From positions 17,725 to 81,724 of the forward strand of contig CAYWES010000001.1 in NCBI GenBank assembly GCA_964457625.1: DNA of 64,000 nt, given 5' to 3'. This stretch comes from an uncultured Candidatus Saccharibacteria bacterium. Lineage in GTDB: Bacteria > Patescibacteriota > Minisyncoccia > Phycocordibacterales > UBA1550. Positions 17,526 through 25,381 of this stretch are shown one piece after another. Under the pieces are notes generated by a model. It saw only the letters and a list, made by a program, of their open reading frames with translations. It was not told the origin of the DNA and searched no databases. The position numbers and the translations under genes are program-made. Positions within the stretch are counted from its first letter, which is position 1. Each line of letters begins with the position of its first letter.

Positions 17526-18296
17526 ATGGTCAAAAATCTCGCTACAACAAATATGAATACCCTAGGCACACCTCAGCTTCATGAGAAGCCGAAGCACAAG
17601 CTCTCACCATCAACAATAGAGAAGCTTCAATACTATGTTTACACACTTTCCGACCCTCGGACTAATAAAGTTTTCTACGTTGGCAAAGGAAAAGGAAATC
17701 GCATAAATCACCACTTGCTTGGTGCACTTGAAGAGAAAACCAAAGAAACGGAGAAAATAAAAACTATCAGAGATATCCAAAAAGCGGGGCTTGAAGTAAG
17801 CCTCGATATTATTCGTCATGGCTTAACCGAAAAAGAAGCTTTTGAAGTAGAGAGTTCGATTATTGATGTCCTCGATATTAAATCTCTTACAAATCTTGTA
17901 TCCGGGCATCATTCATACTTAAGAGGGAAAAAGACACTTCGGGTTATTGAAATTGAATACCAAGCAAAGCCCGCAAACTTTGACGAACCAGTCGTCCTTA
18001 TCCGTATCAATCAGGAATTCAGGCACGATATGACTGTCGAAGAACTGTATACGGCGACACGAAAAGACTGGAAAGTCGGACAGCGAGTACATGACATCAG
18101 TATTGCTTGCGCCGTATATGCTGGAATTATTCGCGAAGTATATAGTGTCAAAGAATGGGTACCATCTCCCGGAGTTCCCGGACGGCATATGTTCAACGGA
18201 AAAATCGCAGAAGACAGAATTCGTAACAAGTACATCAACAAGTCCGTTGCTCATATCTGGAAGCAAGGAAGCCAAAATCCGATTAAGTATGTTTAA
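17526..18296 (+). CDS. GIY-YIG nuclease-domain protein with an uncharacterised ~150-aa C-terminal domain
   Basis: YYVYTLSDPRTNKVFYVGKGKGNRINHHL matches the GIY-x10-YIG-x-R-x-H core; the C-terminal part (..RKDWKVGQRVHD..ACAVYAGIIREVYSV..) has no recognisable motif. Confidence 0.6.
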   Translation: MVKNLATTNMNTLGTPQLHEKPKHKLSPSTIEKLQYYVYTLSDPRTNKVFYVGKGKGNRINHHLLGALEEKTKETEKIKTIRDIQKAGLEVSLDIIRHGLTEKEAFEVESSIIDVLDIKSLTNLVSGHHSYLRGKKTLRVIEIEYQAKPANFDEPVVLIRINQEFRHDMTVEELYTATRKDWKVGQRVHDISIACAVYAGIIREVYSVKEWVPSPGVPGRHMFNGKIAEDRIRNKYINKSVAHIWKQGSQNPIKYV

Positions 18297-18341
18297 TCGA
18301 GTTTTGCATAACAGTTATTAGATTTAATATTTTTAGACTAT

Positions 18342-18962
18342 ATGTCATATAAACAAAACCTAAAACGATATTTACTCGTTCCACTCGCATACATAGCGAC
18401 AGGTATTATTCTTTTGCTACTTCTTGTCACGCTCAGTGTCTCCTTGGGATACTGGTGGGCTTTGCTTATTGTAAGCGCGCTCATGATTATCAGCACCGCC
18501 ATATTTACCCGAAAGACCACAAAAAAAGAAGCTGCGGAAAAGTTTGGGCACAGAATGACCGTCTTCTTGATTTGTGTTTGGGGTATAAGCGGTGTTGCTA
18601 TCTTTGGAGCATGGTTAATAGGTAGCAATGATTCTTCAAAAACCGAAAAGAGTACTGAGTTAAAATGCGATGAGGGTTCATACGCATATAGACTTACCCA
18701 AGACTTGATGAAGACATACCTTAAATCACCCTCCACCGCAAAATTTTCTCGTTTTCCGACATACAGCAAAGGCAATATTGTTGATTGGGGTAGTAGTTGC
18801 AGATACGCAATCCGCTCATATGTTGATTCTCAAAACTCATTTGGAGCGATGCTTCGAACGGAATATGGAGCTCATCTTGATATTGGTAGGGATGGAACGG
18901 TATCAATTCTTAGGTTGGAGATAAATAGTGAAGAGATCTTCAACAAGCTTTCCACTGATTAG
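18342..18962 (+). CDS. membrane protein (3 N-terminal TM helices plus an extracytoplasmic domain), unknown function
   Basis: 206 aa; hydrophobic N-terminus; C-terminal part has no known motif. Confidence 0.55.
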   Translation: MSYKQNLKRYLLVPLAYIATGIILLLLLVTLSVSLGYWWALLIVSALMIISTAIFTRKTTKKEAAEKFGHRMTVFLICVWGISGVAIFGAWLIGSNDSSKTEKSTELKCDEGSYAYRLTQDLMKTYLKSPSTAKFSRFPTYSKGNIVDWGSSCRYAIRSYVDSQNSFGAMLRTEYGAHLDIGRDGTVSILRLEINSEEIFNKLSTD

Positions 18963-19048
18963 ACGGGGCACACGGCAAAAGACCACGACATAAAAAATGC
19001 CGTGGTCTTTTTCTTAGTCATCCAAACAAATCTCATTGGAGGTAATTC

Positions 19049-19078
19049 TTGTGTGCTACTAAACCCACATGGTATAAT
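19049..19078 (+). promoter_or_regulatory. sigma-70-type promoter with extended -10 upstream of the holin-family gene
   Basis: TTGTGT, 18-nt spacer, TGG-TATAAT at 19070-19078. Confidence 0.55.
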
Positions 19079-19115
19079 ACATGCGTTATAAGCCGTTTTT
19101 TAAAATATGTAATTT

Positions 19116-19457
19116 ATGCAAATAATCATTACTTGGTTGACTGCCGCGGTGGCTATCATGATCTCGGCATACATTTTGCCGGGTGTTGTGCTAGAAGGAT
19201 TGATTGCAGCATTGGTCCTCGCTGTTGTCCTCGGGGCGATCAACGCGTTTATTAAACCTCTCGTTATTGTTTTGACGCTTCCTATCAACGTTCTCACGTT
19301 GGGGCTCTTTACGCTTGTGATTGATGCTGCGCTCATTATGCTCGCAGCAATGATTGTACCGGGATTTGGCGTGACAAGTTTCTGGTGGGCGCTTCTTTTT
19401 GCTGTCGTCCTCTCGCTTGTCAATGCTGTCTTCGCACACTTTGGGGGCAAGAAATAA
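19116..19457 (+). CDS. phage holin family protein (4-TM, Phage_holin_4_2/YvlD-like)
   Basis: MQIIITWLTAAVAIMISAYILPGVVLEGLIAALVLAVVLGAINAFIKPLVIVLTLPINVLTLGLFTLVIDAALIMLAAMIVPGFGV is a characteristic family signature. Confidence 0.75.
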   Translation: MQIIITWLTAAVAIMISAYILPGVVLEGLIAALVLAVVLGAINAFIKPLVIVLTLPINVLTLGLFTLVIDAALIMLAAMIVPGFGVTSFWWALLFAVVLSLVNAVFAHFGGKK

Positions 19458-19503
19458 GTATACATCTCCATACTCTCAAAGCCATCCTTGAAATACGGCT
19501 CAC

Positions 19504-19560
19504 TCAAAACACTCTCACACTGAGGGTGTTTTGAGTTTTGAAATCTTTGTTTTTTCTGCT
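19504..19560 (+). terminator. terminator after the holin-family gene
   Basis: CTCAAAACAC...GTGTTTTGAG long hairpin followed by TTTTGAAATCTTTGTTTTTT. Confidence 0.7.
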
Positions 19561-19597
19561 ATGGTGCCCACAGATACACCACTACGGAGGAGTTCTT

Positions 19598-20107
19598 ATG
19601 ATGAGCAAGGCAACAGAAGATGCGGAGCGTACGATTGAGAACGCACGCAAGAGACTGAAAGACGGCACATGGCCTCAGGTTATGGCAGTCTTTTTTTACC
19701 CAAACCCGAAAGCCCCACGCGTGCAGGATGAAGAGTTCTTACGACTTCAATCTTTCTACGAAAATGCTTCGCTTCCCAATATGGCGCTGTTCATTGAGAT
19801 TGTGCAGTTTATGGAAAAAGAATGCGGGGTAACCATGTCGTTTAACTTCAGTTTGTGCAACCGAAGAAACCAAGGAGACCTCGGAGATTCTGAAATGACT
19901 TCAGGACATGCAACACTCTATTTTGGTACCCGTGATTTACTCGTGGGTACGCGCGGAGGAGTGGAAGGTGCCATGGTATGGTTTAGAAATATCTCTGAAG
20001 GAATTTCCATGATTGCACCGGAGCTTCTCCAGATTTTGGATAAAATCTTTGGTGAGGCGGTGGGCATTGTACGACGTCCTGAAAAGGATAAGTCTCGTGT
20101 ACACTAA
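19598..20107 (+). CDS. hypothetical protein
   Basis: GGAGG RBS before the ATG at 19598; 169 aa; no recognisable motif. Confidence 0.5.
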   Translation: MMSKATEDAERTIENARKRLKDGTWPQVMAVFFYPNPKAPRVQDEEFLRLQSFYENASLPNMALFIEIVQFMEKECGVTMSFNFSLCNRRNQGDLGDSEMTSGHATLYFGTRDLLVGTRGGVEGAMVWFRNISEGISMIAPELLQILDKIFGEAVGIVRRPEKDKSRVH

Positions 20108-20134
20108 AAATATCACCCCTTTGGGCGATATACT

Positions 20135-20170
20135 AAAAGCCCTAACACTATTCGTGTTAGGGCTTTTTTT
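20135..20170. terminator. bidirectional terminator between the hypothetical gene (+) and miaA (-)
   Basis: AAAAGCCCTAACAC-TATTC-GTGTTAGGGCTTTT, with TTTTTTT downstream. Confidence 0.85.
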
Positions 20171-20197
20171 GTGGCAGGTGTGTATGAGACGGAACGT

Positions 20198-21100
20198 TTA
20201 CACCAAAAACTTCTTGACCTCCTTAAAAACTTCTCTCGTTTCTTCTTTTTTAAACCACCTGATTGTCGTATCTCGCTTAAACCACACCATTTGTCGGCGG
20301 GAGAATTGGATAATTTCTTTGAGGAGTTTTTCCTCGGCTTCTTTTTGGGGAAGCGTGTCGGTGAGAACGTCTGCCATCATACGGTATTCGAGTCCGAGCG
20401 AGCGCATACGCTTCCACGAGAGCCCTTCTGCGTGAAGTCTGCGTCCTTCGGCGAGCATGCCTTTTTTCATGCGCGCGGTGAGGCGCTTTGCGATGTTGTC
20501 TGTGAGGATATCTTTGCCGGGGTTAATACCGATTTGAAGGACACGATAGGGAGGTGGTGTGTGGGTGAGGGTGGGGACGGCACCGAGTTTCGTGGCGATT
20601 TCAATCGCGCGAACGAGGCGCCGAGGGTTGTCTTTATCTATTTCTTTTGCGCGACGCGAATCAAGTTTTTTGAGTATTATGAAAAGCTCTTTCGCAGATT
20701 TTTTTTCAAGCTTAGCACGGAGCGATGCGTCAGGAGGTACCTCAGGGATAGTGATTCCAGAGATGACGGCTTGAATATAAAAGCCGGTACCTCCGCAGAG
20801 TATGGGCACCTTGCCACGATGCACGATATCACGAATGGCACGCTCAGCAAGGCGTTTGTACTGCATGACGCTAAATGGTCGTTTCGGGCTTGCGACATCG
20901 AGCAGGTAGTGGGGGATTCCCTTCATTTCACGTTTGGTGATTTTCCCGCTCCCAATATCTAGTCCTCTGTATATTTGGCGCGAATCAGCAGAAATAACCT
21001 CGCCATTGAATCGGCGCGCGATTTCAACAGCGAGGTCGCTTTTCCCCGAGGCGGTGGGTCCCACCACGGCAATAAGGTGTATCTTGGTGTCTCTGGGCAT
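20198..21100 (-). CDS. miaA: tRNA dimethylallyltransferase
   Basis: P-loop VVGPTASGKSDLA; DSRQIYRGLDIGSGK; CGGTGFY. Confidence 0.9.
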   Translation of the reverse strand: MPRDTKIHLIAVVGPTASGKSDLAVEIARRFNGEVISADSRQIYRGLDIGSGKITKREMKGIPHYLLDVASPKRPFSVMQYKRLAERAIRDIVHRGKVPILCGGTGFYIQAVISGITIPEVPPDASLRAKLEKKSAKELFIILKKLDSRRAKEIDKDNPRRLVRAIEIATKLGAVPTLTHTPPPYRVLQIGINPGKDILTDNIAKRLTARMKKGMLAEGRRLHAEGLSWKRMRSLGLEYRMMADVLTDTLPQKEAEEKLLKEIIQFSRRQMVWFKRDTTIRWFKKEETREVFKEVKKFLV

Positions 21101-21186
21101 CTTTGGTATACTCGCACTATATCAATAATTAATAATTTTGTAATTTCATGACAATGAATACCTGTAATGAGTGTGGATGTGAAGAA

Positions 21187-21759
21187 ATGTTCGTCTCCGC
21201 TGAGATTGGGCAAGAAGTTCCTAATATTACCGTAGAAGCCTTTCACAATGAAGAGATAAAGAAAATCAGCCTCGCTGACTATCGTGGGAAGTGGGCGATT
21301 CTTTTCTTCTATCCCGCAGACTTCACCTTTGTATGTCCTACGGAGCTTGAAGAAATGGCGGACAACTACGAGGAGTTTCAAAAATTGAACGCGGAAGTGC
21401 TCGGTGTATCCGGAGATACGGTATTCTCACACAAGGCATGGCATGATACATCAGAAGCCATCAAGAAGGTGAAGTTTCCTCTCCTCGCGGATGTACGTCG
21501 TGAGCTCATGAGCGCGTTTGGTACGTACATTCCTGATGAAGGTATGTCGCTTCGTGGAACATTTGTGATTGACCCTGATGGCATTCTCCGTATCGTTGAA
21601 ATCAACGATAACAACATCGGTCGTAGCGCAAAGGAGCTTCTTCGCAAACTCAAGGCAGCACAGTTTGTGCGCGAGCATGGCGGTAATGTGTGTCCCGCAA
21701 GCTGGGAACCGGGCGATGATACATTGAAGCCGGGTCTTGATTTGGTAGGGAAGATCTAA
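21187..21759 (+). CDS. 2-Cys peroxiredoxin (AhpC/Prx1 type)
   Basis: FTFVCPTE peroxidatic Cys motif. Start uncertain: the ORF-track start at 21148 adds MTMNTCNECGCEE; 21187 gives a 190-aa canonical length. Confidence 0.8.
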   Translation: MFVSAEIGQEVPNITVEAFHNEEIKKISLADYRGKWAILFFYPADFTFVCPTELEEMADNYEEFQKLNAEVLGVSGDTVFSHKAWHDTSEAIKKVKFPLLADVRRELMSAFGTYIPDEGMSLRGTFVIDPDGILRIVEINDNNIGRSAKELLRKLKAAQFVREHGGNVCPASWEPGDDTLKPGLDLVGKI

Positions 21760-21782
21760 GCGGGTAGAGGGTAGGGTTTTTC

Positions 21783-21826
21783 AAAGAAAGCAGGCGGGGG
21801 CGTACGCCCCCGCCTGCTTTCTTTTT
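21783..21826. terminator. bidirectional terminator (20-bp perfect stem)
   Basis: AAAGAAAGCAGGCGGGGGCG-TA-CGCCCCCGCCTGCTTTCTTT. Confidence 0.85.
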
Positions 21827-21855
21827 ACCCCCCATTTTGTTACCATGGCAACATT

Positions 21856-21936
21856 GCCGGAGTGGCGGAATGGTAGACGCGCGCGACTCAAAATCGCGTC
21901 TCGTAAGGGGTGTGGGTTCAAGTCCCACCTCCGGCA
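21856..21936 (+). tRNA. tRNA-Leu(CAA)
   Basis: GCCGGAGTGGCGGAATGGTAGACGCGCGCGACTCAAAATCGCG...GTGGGTTCAAGTCCCACCTCCGGCA; long variable arm. Confidence 0.85.
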
Positions 21937-21967
21937 CAATGAAGACTCGCTCCTCAATGCGCCAGTC

Positions 21968-22711
21968 ATGAAGAAAAACAAACCAACAAAGATAACCGAT
22001 TACTTCGGTGCAAACCTCGCAGAACTTTTGGCGGGTAAAATCAAGTCGGTATACCCGTCGTTTGACGGTGTGGGATTCATAAAAGAGGTGGGCACACGCG
22101 TCCGTGGCAAAACATACACGGAGCGAATTGAGATTATTGCTCAATCGCTGAAAGATTTTTTACCTGCATCCTACCCGAAAGCACTCGCCATTCTTCTCAA
22201 AATCCTTGGACCGGAAAATCCCCACGAGACAGGCATGTTTAAACATTTCTATTGGCTTATGCCGGTCGGTAAGTTTATTGAGAAGTACGGGTTGGAACAC
22301 TTTGATATTTCAATGCAGGCAATCGGTGAAGTAACCAAGCGTAATACCGGTGAGTATGCCGTGCGACCATATATTCGTGAGAATCCCAAGAAAGCGCTCA
22401 CATATCTAAAAAAATGGGCGAAGTCAGATAACTTTCATCTGCGCCGTCTCGCGAGCGAGGGTCTCCGCCCGAAACTTCCGTGGGCGCCGAAACTTGATAC
22501 ATTCATAGATAATCCTAAGCCCGTATTTGAAATCCTGGAAATCCTAAAAGCGGACGATATTATGTTTGTTAAAAAATCAGTCGCCAATCACCTGACCGAC
22601 TATCTCAAAGTTAATCCCGAACCGACGAGGCGACTGCTCAAGGAATGGGGGAAGTTCGACAACTCGCACACACAATGGATTATCAAACACGCCACCAGAA
22701 AAATTTCTTGA
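21968..22711 (+). CDS. DNA alkylation repair enzyme (AlkD-like HEAT-repeat family)
   Basis: The ORF-track start overlaps the tRNA; ATG at 21968 (MKKNKPTK). Family-typical YAVRPYIR...W..S..FHLRRLASEGLRP. Confidence 0.7.
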   Translation: MKKNKPTKITDYFGANLAELLAGKIKSVYPSFDGVGFIKEVGTRVRGKTYTERIEIIAQSLKDFLPASYPKALAILLKILGPENPHETGMFKHFYWLMPVGKFIEKYGLEHFDISMQAIGEVTKRNTGEYAVRPYIRENPKKALTYLKKWAKSDNFHLRRLASEGLRPKLPWAPKLDTFIDNPKPVFEILEILKADDIMFVKKSVANHLTDYLKVNPEPTRRLLKEWGKFDNSHTQWIIKHATRKIS

Positions 22712-22743
22712 GTGCAGTCTATTGCTCATGCTAAAATGTAAGC

Positions 22744-23064
22744 ATGAGCAAAACAAAAACATTAACTCACGCAGGGCTGATAGGATTACTCGTGACACTT
22801 CCGTTTGTAGTGCTTGAGCTGTATAATCGTGACCCCGCGCTCGTAGCTTTTCCGGTCGCACTATTTGTGGGGATGTGGTTTTTCTCCGCCGTTTTCTTTT
22901 ACCTCATGTTTTCAATCGTGCGAATAGTGCGACAGGGGAAGACAAAAGAAAAATGGTCTCCACTTGTTCTTCAAATTATTATTGCTGTTCTTATTGCGCA
23001 TGGCTGGATATACCTCGTGTTTGTTGACCAAATGCCGTGCTTTCTCGGCGCAATGGGATGTTAG
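22744..23064 (+). CDS. small membrane protein (3 TM), unknown
   Basis: 106 aa, hydrophobic. Confidence 0.5.
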   Translation: MSKTKTLTHAGLIGLLVTLPFVVLELYNRDPALVAFPVALFVGMWFFSAVFFYLMFSIVRIVRQGKTKEKWSPLVLQIIIAVLIAHGWIYLVFVDQMPCFLGAMGC

Positions 23065-23119
23065 TGAGAGCCCCCACGTTTTATTTTGAGCACGATTGAA
23101 GAATTGATATAATTTCTCT

Positions 23120-23827
23120 ATGCAAAAAAACACAATTATCCGTGTAGGGTTAATAGTACTCCTGACGGTCCTTTTAGGGGCGTTTGGTGCGTCGTTTTTC
23201 TACTCCGATGGGCAGTACACGGTCTTCAATTCTGTACTGTTTATCGGAACACTGCTTTTGTTCAGAGTTTCTCTAAAGAAAGGTTTTGTCTTACCGGGAG
23301 ATATTATTTCTATAACAGCTGTTTTTGCTTCAGGTTTAGTGTTATTCGTTCTAGCCCTCATTTATCCCACCGAGCCTGCTGCCTTCGAGGGTGCAACTTT
23401 TATGCTCATCTCTGTTGTCTCAGGAACTCTGATTATTAAGGAGTCTCTAGGGTATCTTTTTGGTTCTCGTATAAACAAGTTTCTTGAGGATGCCGGTGAT
23501 CCCTTTCGTCCTAAGCTCCTTCAGGGACAACCTTTCCGCCTGGACCCTACGGGGTTCTCTCTGTTTGATGGGAAGTTTACATTCTTTTTCGCTCTCTTTA
23601 TGATAGGAATCCTCTCTTTGTATGAGGGGGTGCTCGTTAATGGCTGGCGGTTGGCGCTAGCCTTTGGGCTCGGTGGTTTTTTGATCTTGAGGGTATTTTT
23701 AGCGTGGGCATTGCCTGACCATGTTTACAAAAGAGTGCTTTCGAAGGCGATGGTTCTCCAGCTTCTGCTTGGAATCCTCATTATCTGTGCAGGTTTTTCT
23801 CTTCTCCTTGTAGACCCTCATGCTTAA
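23120..23827 (+). CDS. polytopic membrane protein, unknown
   Basis: 235 aa, about 6 TM helices. Confidence 0.55.
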   Translation: MQKNTIIRVGLIVLLTVLLGAFGASFFYSDGQYTVFNSVLFIGTLLLFRVSLKKGFVLPGDIISITAVFASGLVLFVLALIYPTEPAAFEGATFMLISVVSGTLIIKESLGYLFGSRINKFLEDAGDPFRPKLLQGQPFRLDPTGFSLFDGKFTFFFALFMIGILSLYEGVLVNGWRLALAFGLGGFLILRVFLAWALPDHVYKRVLSKAMVLQLLLGILIICAGFSLLLVDPHA

Positions 23828-24008
23828 AAAATACGGAACGACAATAATCTATCTCACCACAGCGATTGCAATAGTCGTTTCAGCCCTTTTGTTCAAAGAC
23901 TCCGAGTACGAGAATGCTTGGGTCTATGTGATGAGTGTCGGGTTTATTCTTGCCGCCGCTCTTGATGTGTATTCACAGGTAAAAGATAAGAATCGGGACA
24001 AGCGCTAA
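23820..24008 (+). CDS. small membrane protein (2 TM), overlaps the previous gene end
   Basis: 62 aa; start overlaps the upstream stop (translational coupling geometry). Confidence 0.4.
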   Translation: MLKKYGTTIIYLTTAIAIVVSALLFKDSEYENAWVYVMSVGFILAAALDVYSQVKDKNRDKR

Positions 24009-24069
24009 CACCAAAGTGCAGGATTAGGGTATTTTGCCTCCATGGCTCTCTTTTGCTACACTTACTCTC

Positions 24070-24702
24070 ATGATTGTTACATATTACGGAAAGCAGTTTT
24101 TCAAGATACAGCTTGGCGAGACGGTTATTGCCTATAACCCTATAGACAAGAGTTCAGCGTTTAAGTGCTCTCGTTTTGGGGCAGATGTCATTCTCTCTTC
24201 ACTTCGTCATCCTGATTTCAACGGTCTCGAGCAGTGCTTTTATGGAGACCGTGAACCGGCGGTCATTAGCGGTCCCGGTGAATATGAGGTAGGAGGTATC
24301 TTTATAAAAGGATTTGGCACACATGCCACGTATGAGGGGGAAGAGAAGATCAACACGGTATACGGCATGATGTTTGAGGGCATCAATCTTTGTTTCCTTG
24401 GGTCTCTGCCATCACCTGAAGCGCTTTCGCGTGAAGTGCGTGAAGGTCTGGGTGAGGTGGACGTACTCTTCATTCCCATTCACAAGAGCGAAACCTTTGA
24501 CCCTGCCGCTGCATACAAGCTCGCGCTTTCTCTCAATGCAAAAGTCGTTATCCCCATGGACTACGAAGGCGCGGAGGACGCGCTCAAGCAGTTTATCAAA
24601 GAGGGAAGTGACACAACCGAGACAATCGATAAGTTCACGTTCAAAAAGAAAGATATTGAAGGAAAGGAAGCAGATATTATTGTATTGAGTAACATCGCGT
24701 AG
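24070..24702 (+). CDS. MBL-fold (metallo-beta-lactamase-like) protein with a degenerate metal motif
   Basis: N-terminus MIVTYYGKQFFKIQLGETVIAY like MKITWLGHS..; SSLRHPDFNG occupies the HxHxDH position; the ORF-track start is TTG. Confidence 0.5.
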   Translation: MIVTYYGKQFFKIQLGETVIAYNPIDKSSAFKCSRFGADVILSSLRHPDFNGLEQCFYGDREPAVISGPGEYEVGGIFIKGFGTHATYEGEEKINTVYGMMFEGINLCFLGSLPSPEALSREVREGLGEVDVLFIPIHKSETFDPAAAYKLALSLNAKVVIPMDYEGAEDALKQFIKEGSDTTETIDKFTFKKKDIEGKEADIIVLSNIA

Positions 24703-24710
24703 AGAACAGT

Positions 24711-25049
24711 ATGCTCAAAAAAATCCGCCAAAAACCAGACCACGTGAAAGCAAGTATCTCACTCGGTCTTTCTTTGGCAATTTTTTCTGTCATTGTGCTT
24801 GTTTGGGTCTCTTCATTTCAAGCACGCGGTCAGGGGGCAATAGTAAAAGAGAAAACCGTGAGCCCTCTTGCCGGGATGTTCTCAGTCCTCCGAGGATTTA
24901 CTGCCGATATAAAGCAAAGCTACCAGGAAATCACCCCCGCAGACTTTCTTGAGCCACGTGAAGAATCAACTCTTCCTGTAGCGTGGGACCCATTTGATAC
25001 AGAAGGAATGGTAATTGTCGATACGACGGTTCCACCCCAAGGAGAATAA
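24711..25049 (+). CDS. membrane-anchored hypothetical protein
   Basis: 112 aa; one N-terminal TM. Confidence 0.45.
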   Translation: MLKKIRQKPDHVKASISLGLSLAIFSVIVLVWVSSFQARGQGAIVKEKTVSPLAGMFSVLRGFTADIKQSYQEITPADFLEPREESTLPVAWDPFDTEGMVIVDTTVPPQGE

Positions 25050-25100
25050 GTTTCCCGTGCCCTCTTGCAAAAGATACACTTATTTGGTACAGTCTCGAGT

Positions 25101-25310
25101 ATGAAAAAAGATATCCACCCACAATATCACGCTGATGCAAAGGTAGCCTGCTCCTGTGGCGCGGCGTTTCCTGTGGGCTCCACGCTCCCTTCGATAGAAA
25201 TCGAAATTTGCAGCAACTGTCATCCCTTTTTCACGGGTGATGAAAAAATCATCGACACCGCAGGACGTGTTGAGCGATTCAAGAAACGACAAGCGGCAAG
25301 CAAAAAATAA
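25101..25310 (+). CDS. rpmE: 50S ribosomal protein L31
   Basis: [41 protein letters not shown]; the ORF-track TTG start is replaced by the ATG at 25101. Confidence 0.9.
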   Translation: MKKDIHPQYHADAKVACSCGAAFPVGSTLPSIEIEICSNCHPFFTGDEKIIDTAGRVERFKKRQAASKK

Positions 25311-25325
25311 CGACTCCGCACAGAA

Positions 25326-25360
25326 ACCCCACGCTCTCTTGCCGTGGGTTTTCTTTTTGC
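25326..25360 (+). terminator. terminator after rpmE
   Basis: CCCACG-CTCTCTTGC-CGTGGG followed by TTTTCTTTTT. Confidence 0.7.
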
Positions 25361-25381
25361 ACTACATCATAAGAAACGCAT

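Noticed and set aside
19049-19560. Holin gene as evidence of a prophage
   Set aside because: No endolysin, capsid, terminase, portal or integrase genes are in the surrounding 10 kb. This holin family is frequently chromosomal and non-phage.
21845-21967. N-terminal extension of the AlkD-like ORF and minus ORFs 21650-22144 / 21781-21981 overlapping tRNA-Leu(CAA)
   Set aside because: They run through a well-formed tRNA and a 20-bp terminator hairpin. The real start is the ATG at 21968.
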